64,000 bases of DNA from an uncultured Actinomycetota bacterium (GCA_963700925.1 OY969553.1:2252459-2316458); one strand, 5' to 3'; positions 37,090 through 46,695 are shown, numbered from the stretch's first letter. Notes: generated by a model not told the origin, from the sequence alone. Numbers and translations are program-made.

Positions 37090-37832
37090 AGGAGCTCCAG
37101 GCCGGTCGTCTGGTTGGACCGGTGCGCCGTGACGGTGGCCAGGTCCTCGGGCGACAGCGGCGTCAGCTGACCGTGGTCGAGCCGGAACTGCCGGTTCGAG
37201 CGCGCCGCGACCGACAGGTCGTGGGTGATCGTCACGAGGGTGGACCCGGCGGCGGTGGTGACCTCCTCCAAGAGGTCCATCACGGCCGAGCCGGTGTCGA
37301 CGTCGAGCGAGCCGGTCGGCTCGTCGGCGAGCAGCACGCGCGGCGAGCGGACGAGGGCACGCGCGATCGCGACCCGCTGCTGCTCACCGCCGGAGAGCTT
37401 CTCGGGCAGGGCGTCGGCCCGATCGCCCAGTCCGACTCGCTCCAGGGCTGCGGTCGCGAGCTTCCGCCGCCGCCAGAACGCCGTTCCCCTCGCGTACATC
37501 AGCGGCATCGCGACGTTCTCCGTCGCCGTCCGCCGAGGCAGGAGGTTGAACTGCTGGAACACGAAACCGAAGGTGCGGCCCCGCATCTGGCCACGCCGGC
37601 GCGCCGACATCGAGGCAGCGCTGACGCCGTCGACGCGGTAGGAGCCCGATGTCGGGGTGTCGAGCAGGCCGAGGATGTTGAGCAAGGTGGACTTGCCGGA
37701 CCCGGACCTGCCGACGATCGCGACGTGCTCGCCCTCCTCGACGTCGAGGTCGACCCCGGTGAGGATCGACAGCACCGAGCCGTCAGGGAGGTCGACAGAT
37801 CGGCTCACACCTTCGAGGTGAAGCGGTGTCAC
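37086..37832 (-). CDS. ABC transporter ATP-binding protein (MacB/LolD-type)
   Basis: Walker A GRSGSGKST, signature LSGGEQQRVAIARAL, Walker B LLADEPTGSLD. 4-nt overlaps with both neighbours. Confidence 0.92.
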   Translation of the reverse strand: MTPLHLEGVSRSVDLPDGSVLSILTGVDLDVEEGEHVAIVGRSGSGKSTLLNILGLLDTPTSGSYRVDGVSAASMSARRRGQMRGRTFGFVFQQFNLLPRRTATENVAMPLMYARGTAFWRRRKLATAALERVGLGDRADALPEKLSGGEQQRVAIARALVRSPRVLLADEPTGSLDVDTGSAVMDLLEEVTTAAGSTLVTITHDLSVAARSNRQFRLDHGQLTPLSPEDLATVTAHRSNQTTGLELL

Positions 37833-38902
37833 CCGAACATCCCCTCGTTCGGCTGCGGCTCCTCGTCCATGGGAACGGGCGTGAACTGCAGCACCTCGTC
37901 ACCGTCGGCGAGGCCGTCGGTGATCTCCACCTGCTCGCCGTCCGTGAGCCCGAGGGTGACGGGCCGCTCCTCCGGCTCGCCGTCGTCGCCCTTCACCCAC
38001 ACCTTGCCATCGCCGACCGTGCCCAAGACGGCCGAGACCGGCACCAGCAGAACACCTTTCGCGCTGCCGGTGTCGATCGTCACGTCGACACTCATGCCCG
38101 GGAACACGGTTGTGCCCGCAGGCACTCGGCAACTGACCTGCGCCGTCGGCGACTCAGCCACCATGCCGGTGTAGGGGTCCATCACCGGCGGCTGGTCGGA
38201 GTCCGTCTCGGCGGCCCCCGTGCGCACGTCGGTGCAGTCGAACGGGGCGGGGCCGCCTGGAGCCTGTGCACTGGCGGTGGCCGGCGGCTTCAGCAGCCGG
38301 AACTGCTGTGCCTGCGTCAGCGGCGCGTTGACCGACAGGGTGCCCGGCGAGACGGTGGCGACGTCCGTGCCCACGCTGATCTCCTGGTCGAGCAGGACGG
38401 AGAGGCCGGTCAGCGTCCCGGTGCTGCTGGCGGAGACGGTGACCGTCTTGAAGCGAGGCTTCGGCGGGGTGCTGGTGACCGTGCCGTCCGGTGCCGTGAC
38501 CACCGTCTCCGAGGTCGGCTCGAGCGGCACGCGAACGTCGAACAGCTTGGTGCCGGCCTTCACCGCCGCGCCGGTCTTCGCGTGCACCTTGCTGACGGTG
38601 CCGGTCGCGGTGGACTTGACGGTCGTCGTGGAGTCTGCCGTCACGGTGCCGGTGACCGTGATGCTGCTGGTGATGTCGCCAGGAGCCACGGCCACGGTGC
38701 TGTCCGACAGGTCGGCGGTCGGCTGCAGCGGCGCACCGGCGTCGACCTCGCCCCCGCCGTCCCCTCGAATGAACGCCAGGTAGCACAGGGCGAGGGCGAT
38801 GACCGTCCAGACGACCAGGCGCAGCCCCGGAAAGATGACGTGCCGAAGAATCCCCATGAGCTGCCTCCGAGTCCGCGCACCCCCCGTCGTGGGCCCGCTC
38901 AC
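37829..38902 (-). CDS. Periplasmic-adaptor (HlyD/MacA-like) subunit of the ABC exporter
   Basis: N-terminal TM (VVWTVIALALCYLAF), then beta-barrel/lipoyl-like segments rich in T/V/G. Operonic with the ATPase and permease. Alternative start at 38857. Confidence 0.75.
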   Translation of the reverse strand: MSGPTTGGARTRRQLMGILRHVIFPGLRLVVWTVIALALCYLAFIRGDGGGEVDAGAPLQPTADLSDSTVAVAPGDITSSITVTGTVTADSTTTVKSTATGTVSKVHAKTGAAVKAGTKLFDVRVPLEPTSETVVTAPDGTVTSTPPKPRFKTVTVSASSTGTLTGLSVLLDQEISVGTDVATVSPGTLSVNAPLTQAQQFRLLKPPATASAQAPGGPAPFDCTDVRTGAAETDSDQPPVMDPYTGMVAESPTAQVSCRVPAGTTVFPGMSVDVTIDTGSAKGVLLVPVSAVLGTVGDGKVWVKGDDGEPEERPVTLGLTDGEQVEITDGLADGDEVLQFTPVPMDEEPQPNEGMFG

Positions 38903-38993
38903 GGGCGACGATACCCGCCGGGTGGCTCAACGTTTGCTGGGAGATTGCCCAGAGCTTGCGGCCCCTGACGGTGACATCAGCTGGGCGAGAGGC

Positions 38994-39611
38994 TCAGAGG
39001 TACTGGCCGGTGCCTGGGGTCCCGTCCTGGCCGGGCGCGCCTGGTGCGCCGGGCTCGCCGGGCTGGCCTGGCTGGCCGGGCTGGCCTGGCTGCCCGGGGA
39101 GCAAACCGGGATGTCCGGCGTGGGCGCCGGGGCCTCCGGGCAGCGCACGACGCATCTGCGCGATCTGCGCCTGGGCGGCCATCTGCTGCGCGACGAGCGC
39201 GGTCTGGATGCCGTGGAAGAGGCCCTCCAGCCAGCCGACCAGCTGGGCCTGGGCGATGCGCAGCTCGGCGTCGGACGGCGTCGCGTTCTCGTCGAAGGGC
39301 AGCGAGATGCGGCGCAGCTCGGCCACCAGCTCGGGCGAGAGCCCCTGCTCGAGCTCGGCCATCGAACGCTCGTGCACCGCGGCCAGGCGAGCCCGACCCG
39401 CCTCGTCCAGCGGGGAGTCGCGAACCTCCTCGAGAAGCTGCTTGATCATGCTGCCGATCCGCATCACCTTGGCAGGGTGCTCGACCATGTCGGCCGGGTT
39501 GCGGTCCTCGTCGCCCCCCGCGACCCCCATCGACCCTGGGCCGACGACGATCACGGTCTGCTGCTCGGGCTGGTCCTCTGGCTGGGCCTCGGACCGCTGC
39601 GCATCGCTCAT
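38994..39611 (-). CDS. bpa: Bacterial proteasome activator Bpa/PafE
   Basis: C-terminal GQYL proteasome-docking motif and a helical core (MRIGSMIKQLLEEVR...AQAQLVGWLEGLFHGIQTAL). Confidence 0.88.
   Translation of the reverse strand: MSDAQRSEAQPEDQPEQQTVIVVGPGSMGVAGGDEDRNPADMVEHPAKVMRIGSMIKQLLEEVRDSPLDEAGRARLAAVHERSMAELEQGLSPELVAELRRISLPFDENATPSDAELRIAQAQLVGWLEGLFHGIQTALVAQQMAAQAQIAQMRRALPGGPGAHAGHPGLLPGQPGQPGQPGQPGEPGAPGAPGQDGTPGTGQYL
39027..39098. repeat. Imperfect 9-nt tandem repeat encoding a Gly-X-Y (collagen-like) run in Bpa
   Basis: ctggccggg/ctggcctgg-type units encoding PGQPGQPGQPGQPGEPGAPGAPG just before the GQYL tail. Confidence 0.8.
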
Positions 39612-39633
39612 GCAGCCATCCTCTCAGAGCCCG

Positions 39634-40635
39634 TCAGGCCACCAGGACGATCTTGCCGACGTGCGCGGACTCCTCGAGCATCCGGTGCGCGTCGGCAGCG
39701 CGTTCGAGGGGCAGCCGCTCGTGCACGACCGGCCGCACCGTCCCGTCCGCCAGCAACGGCCACACCAGCTCGCGGACCTGCTTCACGATGACGGCCTTCT
39801 CGGCCGCCGGACGGGCGCGCAGCGACGTGGCGATCACGGCGCCGCGCTTGCGAAGCAACATGTTCAGGTCGAGCTCGGCGCGCGTGCCGCCCTGCAGCCC
39901 GATCACGACCAGCCGCCCGCCCGGGGCCAGCACGTCGACGTTGCGGGCCAGGTACTTGGCGCCCATGTTGTCGAGCACCACGTCGGCTCCGGCCCCGCCG
40001 GGGGCGTCGGCCGTCGCGGCACGCACCCGTTCGACGAAGTCCTCGTCGGTGTAGTTGATCAACACCGTCGCGCCGAGATCGGCACAGGCAGTGAGCTTCT
40101 CGGCCGAACGGGCCGTCACGGCGACCGTTGCCCCGATCGCGGCGCCCAGCTGCACCGCCATCGTGCCGATGCCGCTCGAACCGCCGTGCACCAGCAGCAG
40201 CTGGCCCGGCTGCAGCCCGGCGGCCATGAAGACGTTCGACCAGACGGTGCACGCGACCTCGGGCAGGGCGGCCGCGTCGACGAGCGACACCCCGTCCGGC
40301 ACCGGCAGCACCTGCCCGGCCGGCACGCACACCTGCTCGGCGTACCCACCGCCCGACAGCAGTGCACACACCTCGTCGCCGACCGTCCACCCATGCGCCC
40401 CCGACTCGACCCCGGCGCCGAGCTCGGCCACCGTGCCCGAGCACTCCAGCCCGGGCCACGGGGGAGCGCCGTCGGGAGGGGGATAGCGGCCCTCCCGCTG
40501 CATCACGTCGGCGCGGTTCACCGCGGTCGCAGCGATGTCGATCCGCACTTCGCCCGGGCCGGGAACAGGATCGGGCACCTCCTCGACGACCAGGACGTCG
40601 GGGCCTCCGGGCTCGTGGATGGTGACCGCTCTCAT
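39634..40635 (-). CDS. NAD(P)H:quinone oxidoreductase (zeta-crystallin/MDR family)
   Basis: MRAVTIHEPGGPDVLVVEEVPDPVPGPGEVRIDIAATAVNRADVMQREGRYPPP...LVHGGSSGIGT. Confidence 0.88.
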   Translation of the reverse strand: MRAVTIHEPGGPDVLVVEEVPDPVPGPGEVRIDIAATAVNRADVMQREGRYPPPDGAPPWPGLECSGTVAELGAGVESGAHGWTVGDEVCALLSGGGYAEQVCVPAGQVLPVPDGVSLVDAAALPEVACTVWSNVFMAAGLQPGQLLLVHGGSSGIGTMAVQLGAAIGATVAVTARSAEKLTACADLGATVLINYTDEDFVERVRAATADAPGGAGADVVLDNMGAKYLARNVDVLAPGGRLVVIGLQGGTRAELDLNMLLRKRGAVIATSLRARPAAEKAVIVKQVRELVWPLLADGTVRPVVHERLPLERAADAHRMLEESAHVGKIVLVA

Positions 40636-40710
40636 GGCTCGACTCTAGGGATGGAGAATCGGGGCGCCACTGGAGGGAGAGCCACCGATGACCCACACAG
40701 GCTTCAACCG

Positions 40711-41868
40711 ATGACCGCCGTGCCGCGCCGCCTGCCGGACTTCAGGCTCGAGACGTTCTTCTCGCGTTGGGAGTTCTCCGCGCGGCACCACCTCACGGCC
40801 TCGGACGCGCAGACCCTGACGATCTCCGAGCTGCTGGCCTTGGGCAGCGACGACGACCGGGAGGCCTTCGAGGCACTGCCCCTGGGCTACGCGCCGACGT
40901 GGGGAACCCACCGGCTGCGGGCCGCGATCGCCGCGACGTACGAGACGTGCGCGGCCGACGACGTGCTGGCCTTCGCCGGGGCCGAGGAGGCGATCTACTG
41001 GCTGATGCAGCTCCTCGCCGGCGCGGGCGACCACGTGGTCGTGACCGTGCCGAACTACCAGGCGATCGAGACCTTGCCGTTGGCTGCGGGAGCCGACGTC
41101 ACCGGCGTGCTGCTGGACGAGCACGACGGCTGGCGTCTCGACCTCGATGCCGTCCGGGCAGCGCTGCGTCCGACGACGCGACTGATGGTGGTGAACTTCC
41201 CCAACAACCCCACCGGAGCGGTTCCTGACCACGCGACCTGGCGTGCTCTCGTGGAGATCTGCGACGAGCGCGACATCCGCCTGGTCTCCGACGAGGTGTA
41301 CCGCGGCCTCGAGCTCGACCCGCTTCGGACGCTCCCGCAGGCGGCCGACCTGTCCGGCACCGCTGCCTCGGTCGGCGTGATGTCGAAGGCCTACGGGCTG
41401 CCGGGGCTCCGGATCGGCTGGGTCGCCTGCCGTGACCGTGCCATCCTCCAGGCCTTGGAGCGCCACAAGCACTACACCTCGATCTGCAACGCCGCACCGA
41501 GCGAGCTGCTCGCGTCGATCGCGCTGGAGTCGGCCGACCGCGTTCTCGACCGGACCCGGCGCATCGTGGCCACGAACCTGCCCGTCTTCGACGAGTTCTT
41601 CGCCGCCCACGCGGACGTCTTCGACTGGACGCGTCCCGAAGGCGGCTGCGTCGCCTTCCCGCGCTACCTCGGCTCGGACGGGGTCGAGGCGTTCTGCCGG
41701 GAGCTCGTCGAGACCGAGGGCGTCCTGCTGCTGCCGGCCAGCATCTACGCCTCCGACCTCGCTACGGTGCCCAAGCACAGGTTCCGTGTCGGCGTGGGGC
41801 GGCACGACCCGGCGCCGGCGCTCGCTGCGCTGGAGCGCTTCCTGTTCACGTCGCGACCTCAGTCCTAG
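40711..41868 (+). CDS. Class I/II PLP-dependent aminotransferase
   Basis: FNLETFF-type N-terminus, NFPNNPTGAV, and SKAYGLPGLRIGW (PLP lysine). Only the last third of the 970-aa track ORF. Alternative ATG at 40651. Confidence 0.85.
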   Translation: MTAVPRRLPDFRLETFFSRWEFSARHHLTASDAQTLTISELLALGSDDDREAFEALPLGYAPTWGTHRLRAAIAATYETCAADDVLAFAGAEEAIYWLMQLLAGAGDHVVVTVPNYQAIETLPLAAGADVTGVLLDEHDGWRLDLDAVRAALRPTTRLMVVNFPNNPTGAVPDHATWRALVEICDERDIRLVSDEVYRGLELDPLRTLPQAADLSGTAASVGVMSKAYGLPGLRIGWVACRDRAILQALERHKHYTSICNAAPSELLASIALESADRVLDRTRRIVATNLPVFDEFFAAHADVFDWTRPEGGCVAFPRYLGSDGVEAFCRELVETEGVLLLPASIYASDLATVPKHRFRVGVGRHDPAPALAALERFLFTSRPQS

Positions 41869-43145
41869 CTCGTCGGACGGGTACCCGGCACGTCGGCGCC
41901 GCTCACGAGCAGGTCGAAGCCATCGGGCGGGCTGACGTGGGTGAAGTAGTGCTGCTCGGCCGACGACCAGACGGCCAGCCAGCGGGGGTCGTTCTCGTCG
42001 CGCTCGACGACGCGCTGCGTCCTCAGCGCCGCCGGTGTGCGGACCAGAACGCGCAGGTCGACGAGGTCGGCCAGCTCCGGACGGGCGCTGAACACGCCGT
42101 CGACGATGACCACGGGGGCGGGCTCGACCACGACCTCTCGCTCCAGCAGCCGCCCGTCGTACGCGTCCCAGTCATACGGGTGGTAGCGGGCCGGGCGGCC
42201 GGCGGCAAGCGGCTCGAGGGCCTGGCTCCGCAGCCGGCGCCAGTCGATCACGCCGTCATCGGCCAACTCGGCGACGGAGCGCGCTTCGGCCGCCACGAGG
42301 CCCTCGCGGCCCAGCCGGGGTGCGTAGAAGTCGTCACCGTCCAGCACGCTGCCGCCGGTGTGCAGGGCGACGGCCTGGGCCAGCACGCTCTTTCCGGCGC
42401 CGCTCCCGCCGTCGAGGGCCACCACCACGGGCCGCGCCCGGTCGGCCGTCGGCTCGTGCCCGGGCGCGTGCCGTCTCAGTCCGCGGACGGCCGCGACGAT
42501 CTGCTGGGTCGAGGCGGCGTCGCGGAGCCGCCAGGCCTGCAGCTGGTCGGCGGTGTCGACGTCCCAGGAGTCCTCGCCGCTGACCGTGACCCGGATCGGG
42601 TCGAGCGCCTGCACGAAAGGCCGCACCGGCAGGTGATTTCCATCACCCGAACCGACCGCCTCGAGAAGTCGACGTACACCGTCCGACGTCAGGACGATCT
42701 GCAGCGGCTGCTCGCGGCCCGTCGCGTCGACAGCGACCGCCGCGACCGGCGTCCCTTCCGCGCCACCCCGTCCGTGTGCGTCCTCGAGCGCGCGGGTCAG
42801 CGCGGCCAGGGCGCCTGCCGCCCCCGGGGCGTCCCCGGGCAGCACGCCGACCCATCCTCGTGATTCTTGGGCTATTTCGGGCGAACCGGGTGCCGCGATC
42901 GCACGCAGCCCTGCCACCATGGCCGCTGCCGGGCCACCACCCGGCGGGTCCTCGATCACCCACCGCACCCGACGCGCCAGAGGACGCCTGGGGCCCACGA
43001 CGACGACCTCCACGGGAGGCAGGGACGTGAGCAGGAAGTCGAGCACACTGGGCCCGTCAGGGGCGCCGAGAGGCTCCGCCAGCTTGTCCCTGCCGAACCG
43101 CGTGGCGCCCCCACCGGCTAGCACGACCACGCAACGAACGGGCAT
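41865..43145 (-). CDS. Fusion protein: MobA-like NTP-transferase domain plus P-loop uridine-kinase-like domain
   Basis: N-terminus VVLAGGGATRFGRDKL (MobA/GlmU-type). C-terminus VVALDGGSGAGKSVLA with VIVDGVFSARPEL (nucleoside/nucleotide kinase fold). Confidence 0.7.
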   Translation of the reverse strand: MPVRCVVVLAGGGATRFGRDKLAEPLGAPDGPSVLDFLLTSLPPVEVVVVGPRRPLARRVRWVIEDPPGGGPAAAMVAGLRAIAAPGSPEIAQESRGWVGVLPGDAPGAAGALAALTRALEDAHGRGGAEGTPVAAVAVDATGREQPLQIVLTSDGVRRLLEAVGSGDGNHLPVRPFVQALDPIRVTVSGEDSWDVDTADQLQAWRLRDAASTQQIVAAVRGLRRHAPGHEPTADRARPVVVALDGGSGAGKSVLAQAVALHTGGSVLDGDDFYAPRLGREGLVAAEARSVAELADDGVIDWRRLRSQALEPLAAGRPARYHPYDWDAYDGRLLEREVVVEPAPVVIVDGVFSARPELADLVDLRVLVRTPAALRTQRVVERDENDPRWLAVWSSAEQHYFTHVSPPDGFDLLVSGADVPGTRPTS

Positions 43146-43207
43146 GATGACGAGTTTGAGGCATCAGGTCGCGGCAACCCGCCGTGACAAGGTTGAGCCA
43201 TTCGGGT

Positions 43208-43229
43208 GACCTCTCCATATGGAGTGGTC
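43208..43229. promoter_or_regulatory. 22-bp near-perfect palindrome upstream of the conservon
   Basis: GACCTCTCCATATGGAGTGGTC, with a perfect 12-bp core CTCCATATGGAG and one symmetric T/T mismatch. It lies about 85 nt upstream of the cvnA-like ATG in an AT-richer patch. Confidence 0.5.
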
Positions 43230-43314
43230 AATACCCGGCATGAGTTGACCGATGCACGGGAATCGGGACGGCACCGAACCGCGCGTGCCCCCAGTCGAGT
43301 GGAAGGTCCCCCCC

Positions 43315-46300
43315 ATGCTGCGCAGCTTCGGCATCAGGGCCAAGATCCTGGCCGTTCTTGCCCTCCCGGTCGTGGTGCTGTCCCTGGCCGCCGGCGTCAT
43401 CGCCACGGCCGGCATCGGGGAGTCGCGCAAGGCGAGCCAGGTCGAGGAGCTCGTGCGCCACACCGGCGGGCTGACCGAGCTGTTGCGTGGGCTGCAGGCG
43501 GAGCGGGCTCTCACCGTCGCGGTGCTCTCGGGAGACGAGGCCTCACGCGCGGCCCTCGACGAGGTCCGGCCCGAGGTCTCCAAGCTCCTGGACGAGACCC
43601 GCGCTGACCTCGCCGAAATCGACCACTCGCTGCTCGAGGAGAGCGCACAGGTAGGCGTCCAGCGGACCATCGACAGCCACGACCTGGTTCCCGAGCTGCG
43701 TCGCCAGGTCGACGGCGGCGTGCTCACGGCCGGCTCGGCCACGATCCGCTTCTCGGAGATCATCGCCACCGACATCGCCCTGCCGTCCGCCATCGCCGAC
43801 GGGCTCGACGACCGCGTCCTGGCCCAGAACCTCCGGGCCTACACCGCCTCCGAGGAGCTGGCCGAGGCGATCGCCACCGAGCGCGACCTGATGACGCCGG
43901 TCGTCGCAGCCGGCAAGTTCACCCCCGAGCAGTTCGCTGCGTCCAAGGACGCTGCGGTGCGTACCGACCTGGTCCGTGAGAACACCACCCGCATCGCGCA
44001 GAGCACAGGCGTCCGCACGCCACCGACTGCGTACACCTTCCAGCTGGCCCGCCAGCGCACGCTCGAGGAGTCCGACGGCATCATCGACGGGATCACCGTC
44101 GAAGGGTGGCGGACCGCCGCGGACGACGACATCGCTGCGCTCGGCAACGGCATCGAGAACGTGGTCAACGCTGCGGCAGACCGATCCGGCAAGCTGGCCG
44201 GCGACGCCGAGCAGTACGCGCTGCAGGTCATCGTCGGCGCCTTGCTCGCCGTCATCGTGCCGGTCGTCCTGGCCCTCCTGCTGGCCCGCCGCATCACCCG
44301 TCCGCTGCGTCGCCTGACCGAGGCGGCCGCCCAGATCCGCGCGGACCTCCCCATGATGGTCGAGCGGATGGCCACCCCGGGCGAGGGTCCGGGCATGACC
44401 ATCAGCGAGATCCCGGTCGAGTCCAACGACGAGGTGGGACGCCTGGCGTCCGCCTTCAACGACGTCAACTCGACCACAGTGCAGGTGGCTCAGGAGCAGG
44501 CCGCCCTGCGTGGCTCGATCGCAGCCATGTTCGTCAACGTGGCCCGTCGCGACCAGGTGCTCCTCTCGCGCCAGCTGTCCTTCCTGGACCAGCTCGAGCG
44601 CACCGAGGAGAACCCGGACACCCTCGACAACCTGTTCAAGCTCGACCACCTCGCCACCCGGATGCGCCGCAACGCGGAGTCGCTCCTGGTGCTGGCGGGG
44701 ATCGACACCGGCCGCCGGCTCCGTCGTCCGATGCCTCTCTCGGACGTGATCCGCACCGCCTCGAGCGAGATCGAGCACTACGAGCGCGTCGACCTCGCCC
44801 AGCACGTCGACCCCCCGATGATCGGCCACACCGCCCTGCTGAGCGCCCACATGCTGGCCGAGCTCCTGGAGAACGCCACGTCGTTCTCGGACCCCGGCAC
44901 CCGCGTGGTGGTGGCGACCGACGCCGCTCCCGACGGCATCGTGGTGACCGTCACCGACGAGGGCCTCGGCATGTCGGCCGACGAGCTCGAGGAGGCCAAC
45001 GACCGGATCCAGAACCCGCCCGTCTCCGAGGTCGTCGGCGCCCAGCGCCTGGGCTTCTACGTGGTCGGACGGCTGGCCAAGAGGCTGGACGCGAAGATCT
45101 CACTGGCCGCCGGCGACGGTCGGGGGACCGTCGTCACCATCGGCCTCCCCGCAGCGCTGTTCGTGCCCGGATCCGTCGAGACCGACGACGCCACCCCGGC
45201 TGCGAGCTCCGCCGCCACGGCCACAGGCCCCGGCGACTCCAGCCCACGAAGCGGTTCCACGGTTCCGACCGGTGCGGAGTCGCTCGGTGCCGCAGCCGAC
45301 GCCCTGAACGGGGCGGCGGCGGCTGCCGCAGCGGCCTCGGTCGCGCCGATCATCATCGCGGGAGGTTCGGAGTCGTCGCTGCCGCAGCGCGGTGGCAGGG
45401 AAGTCACCCCCGCCGACCTCCCGACCCTGCCGACCCGCGCGCCGGCAGCAGCGGCGCCCACGCTGCCCACGCTGCCCCAGCGTGGCGCGGGCGGACTGCC
45501 CAGCCGTACCCCTGCCGCCCCGCTCCCGGCCGAGCCGGCACACACTGTCCCGGCCCAGCGGACCGAGGCTCCCGCCCCGGCGTCCAGGACCGGTCTGTTC
45601 ACCGGCTTCCGGGCCCGCCGGGCCGAGGCCGTCGGGGTTGCGGACGAGTCTGCCGCGACCCCTGCGGAGGAGACCCGTGCAGGGCCCAGCAGCGCCGAGG
45701 ATGTCGTCTCCGCGGTCCCCGAGGCCCCCAAGGTCCCCGAGGTCCCCGAGGTCGCGCAGCTGGACGACGAGGAGGCCTACGCGCCCGAGGCCGAGGTCTA
45801 TGCGCCCGAGCCTGCCTACGCGCCCGAGCCCGAGGTCGCCGCCGAGACCGGTTACGCGCCGGCCACGAGCTACGCGCCGGCCACCGAGTACGCGCCGACC
45901 GCCGAGTTCGCTCCCTTCGAGGACACCCCCCTGTACGCAGCGACGATCGCCGCGGTGGCTCCCGTCGCGGAGGCTCTCGCCGGGGAGGCCGAGACTCTGC
46001 CGGCGCGCCGTCCGGACGCCGACGGCACCACGGATCGTCGGTCGGCGGCCAGCGAGCTGAGCGCGCTCGCGTCGCGCCCGGCCCCGGTCGAGGCACCGGC
46101 CGCAGCCGAGCCGCCCCCGCCTCCGGTGCCGGTCTTCAGCAGCGCCAGCGCGCTCGACATCCTGCCCGGCGCCGACCGAGGCCGGTCCGGCTCGCGAGGC
46201 CTGAAGCTGCCACGCCGTGGCCGTGACTCCGACGGGTCCCGCCGCCCGACGACAGCGCCCGTCCCGGTGCCCGTCAGCTACGCGCCCGTGCCCGTCGCCA

Positions 46301-46695
46301 ACGTCTCGGCGCCTCAGCAGGCCAGCCAGCTGGTCCCGGTCGTCGAGGCCCTGTCCGACGGCGCCGTCCCGTTCGTCCCGATGACGGCGCCGCCGCAATC
46401 CGGCGACCACCTGCGCAACAGGTCGGCGCTCGCCTCCGAGGCGCTCTCCGAGCTGAGCCGGCTCTCGTCCTACCGCCCCGAGGCCACGCTCGCCGAGGGC
46501 CCCTCGCCGGCCCTGGCACGACGGACGCGGGGCGCCAGCCCGGCCGCCGAGGTCGCTGCTCCGCAGCAGGCCGTCTCATCTCGTCCCGGTCGCTCCGCCG
46601 CGGAGGTTCGCAGCATGCTGTCGGGCTTCCAGGCCGGAGTTGCCCGTGGACGTGGCAGCACCACGACCACCAGCTCACAGGACGTGAGCGAATGA
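43315..46695 (+). CDS. cvnA: Conservon sensor kinase-like protein (CvnA-like: TM, NIT, HAMP, HATPase_c, plus a long Pro/Ala-rich tail)
   Basis: TM anchor, a nitrate/nitrite-sensing-like helical domain, a HAMP segment (RRITRPLRRLTEAA) and an ATPase (LAELLENATSFS...VTDEGLGM...GRGTVVTIGLP). About 520 aa of low-complexity tail follows. Three conservon partner genes lie downstream. Confidence 0.85.
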   Translation: MLRSFGIRAKILAVLALPVVVLSLAAGVIATAGIGESRKASQVEELVRHTGGLTELLRGLQAERALTVAVLSGDEASRAALDEVRPEVSKLLDETRADLAEIDHSLLEESAQVGVQRTIDSHDLVPELRRQVDGGVLTAGSATIRFSEIIATDIALPSAIADGLDDRVLAQNLRAYTASEELAEAIATERDLMTPVVAAGKFTPEQFAASKDAAVRTDLVRENTTRIAQSTGVRTPPTAYTFQLARQRTLEESDGIIDGITVEGWRTAADDDIAALGNGIENVVNAAADRSGKLAGDAEQYALQVIVGALLAVIVPVVLALLLARRITRPLRRLTEAAAQIRADLPMMVERMATPGEGPGMTISEIPVESNDEVGRLASAFNDVNSTTVQVAQEQAALRGSIAAMFVNVARRDQVLLSRQLSFLDQLERTEENPDTLDNLFKLDHLATRMRRNAESLLVLAGIDTGRRLRRPMPLSDVIRTASSEIEHYERVDLAQHVDPPMIGHTALLSAHMLAELLENATSFSDPGTRVVVATDAAPDGIVVTVTDEGLGMSADELEEANDRIQNPPVSEVVGAQRLGFYVVGRLAKRLDAKISLAAGDGRGTVVTIGLPAALFVPGSVETDDATPAASSAATATGPGDSSPRSGSTVPTGAESLGAAADALNGAAAAAAAASVAPIIIAGGSESSLPQRGGREVTPADLPTLPTRAPAAAAPTLPTLPQRGAGGLPSRTPAAPLPAEPAHTVPAQRTEAPAPASRTGLFTGFRARRAEAVGVADESAATPAEETRAGPSSAEDVVSAVPEAPKVPEVPEVAQLDDEEAYAPEAEVYAPEPAYAPEPEVAAETGYAPATSYAPATEYAPTAEFAPFEDTPLYAATIAAVAPVAEALAGEAETLPARRPDADGTTDRRSAASELSALASRPAPVEAPAAAEPPPPPVPVFSSASALDILPGADRGRSGSRGLKLPRRGRDSDGSRRPTTAPVPVPVSYAPVPVANVSAPQQASQLVPVVEALSDGAVPFVPMTAPPQSGDHLRNRSALASEALSELSRLSSYRPEATLAEGPSPALARRTRGASPAAEVAAPQQAVSSRPGRSAAEVRSMLSGFQAGVARGRGSTTTTSSQDVSE

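Noticed and set aside
39027-39098. Short tandem repeats (also at 52226-52270 and 3228-3263) as possible CRISPR or other arrays
   Set aside because: The units are 9-15 nt and contiguous, with no spacers. Two of the three lie inside ORFs, where they encode low-complexity peptide repeats. No cas genes are present.
38956-41868. 970-aa ORF that would be the largest + strand gene in this part of the window
   Set aside because: Only the last 386 codons or so (from ATG 40711) look like a protein, an aminotransferase. The upstream two-thirds is antisense to well-supported genes (Bpa and the quinone oxidoreductase) and has shadow-frame composition.
44106-46410. Very long alternative-frame ORFs (706 aa on +, 436 aa on -) across the cvnA tail
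   Set aside because: Their Arg/Gly/Pro-rich, low-information translations are typical of off-frame reading of GC-rich, repeat-containing coding DNA. The cvnA frame carries the recognisable domains.
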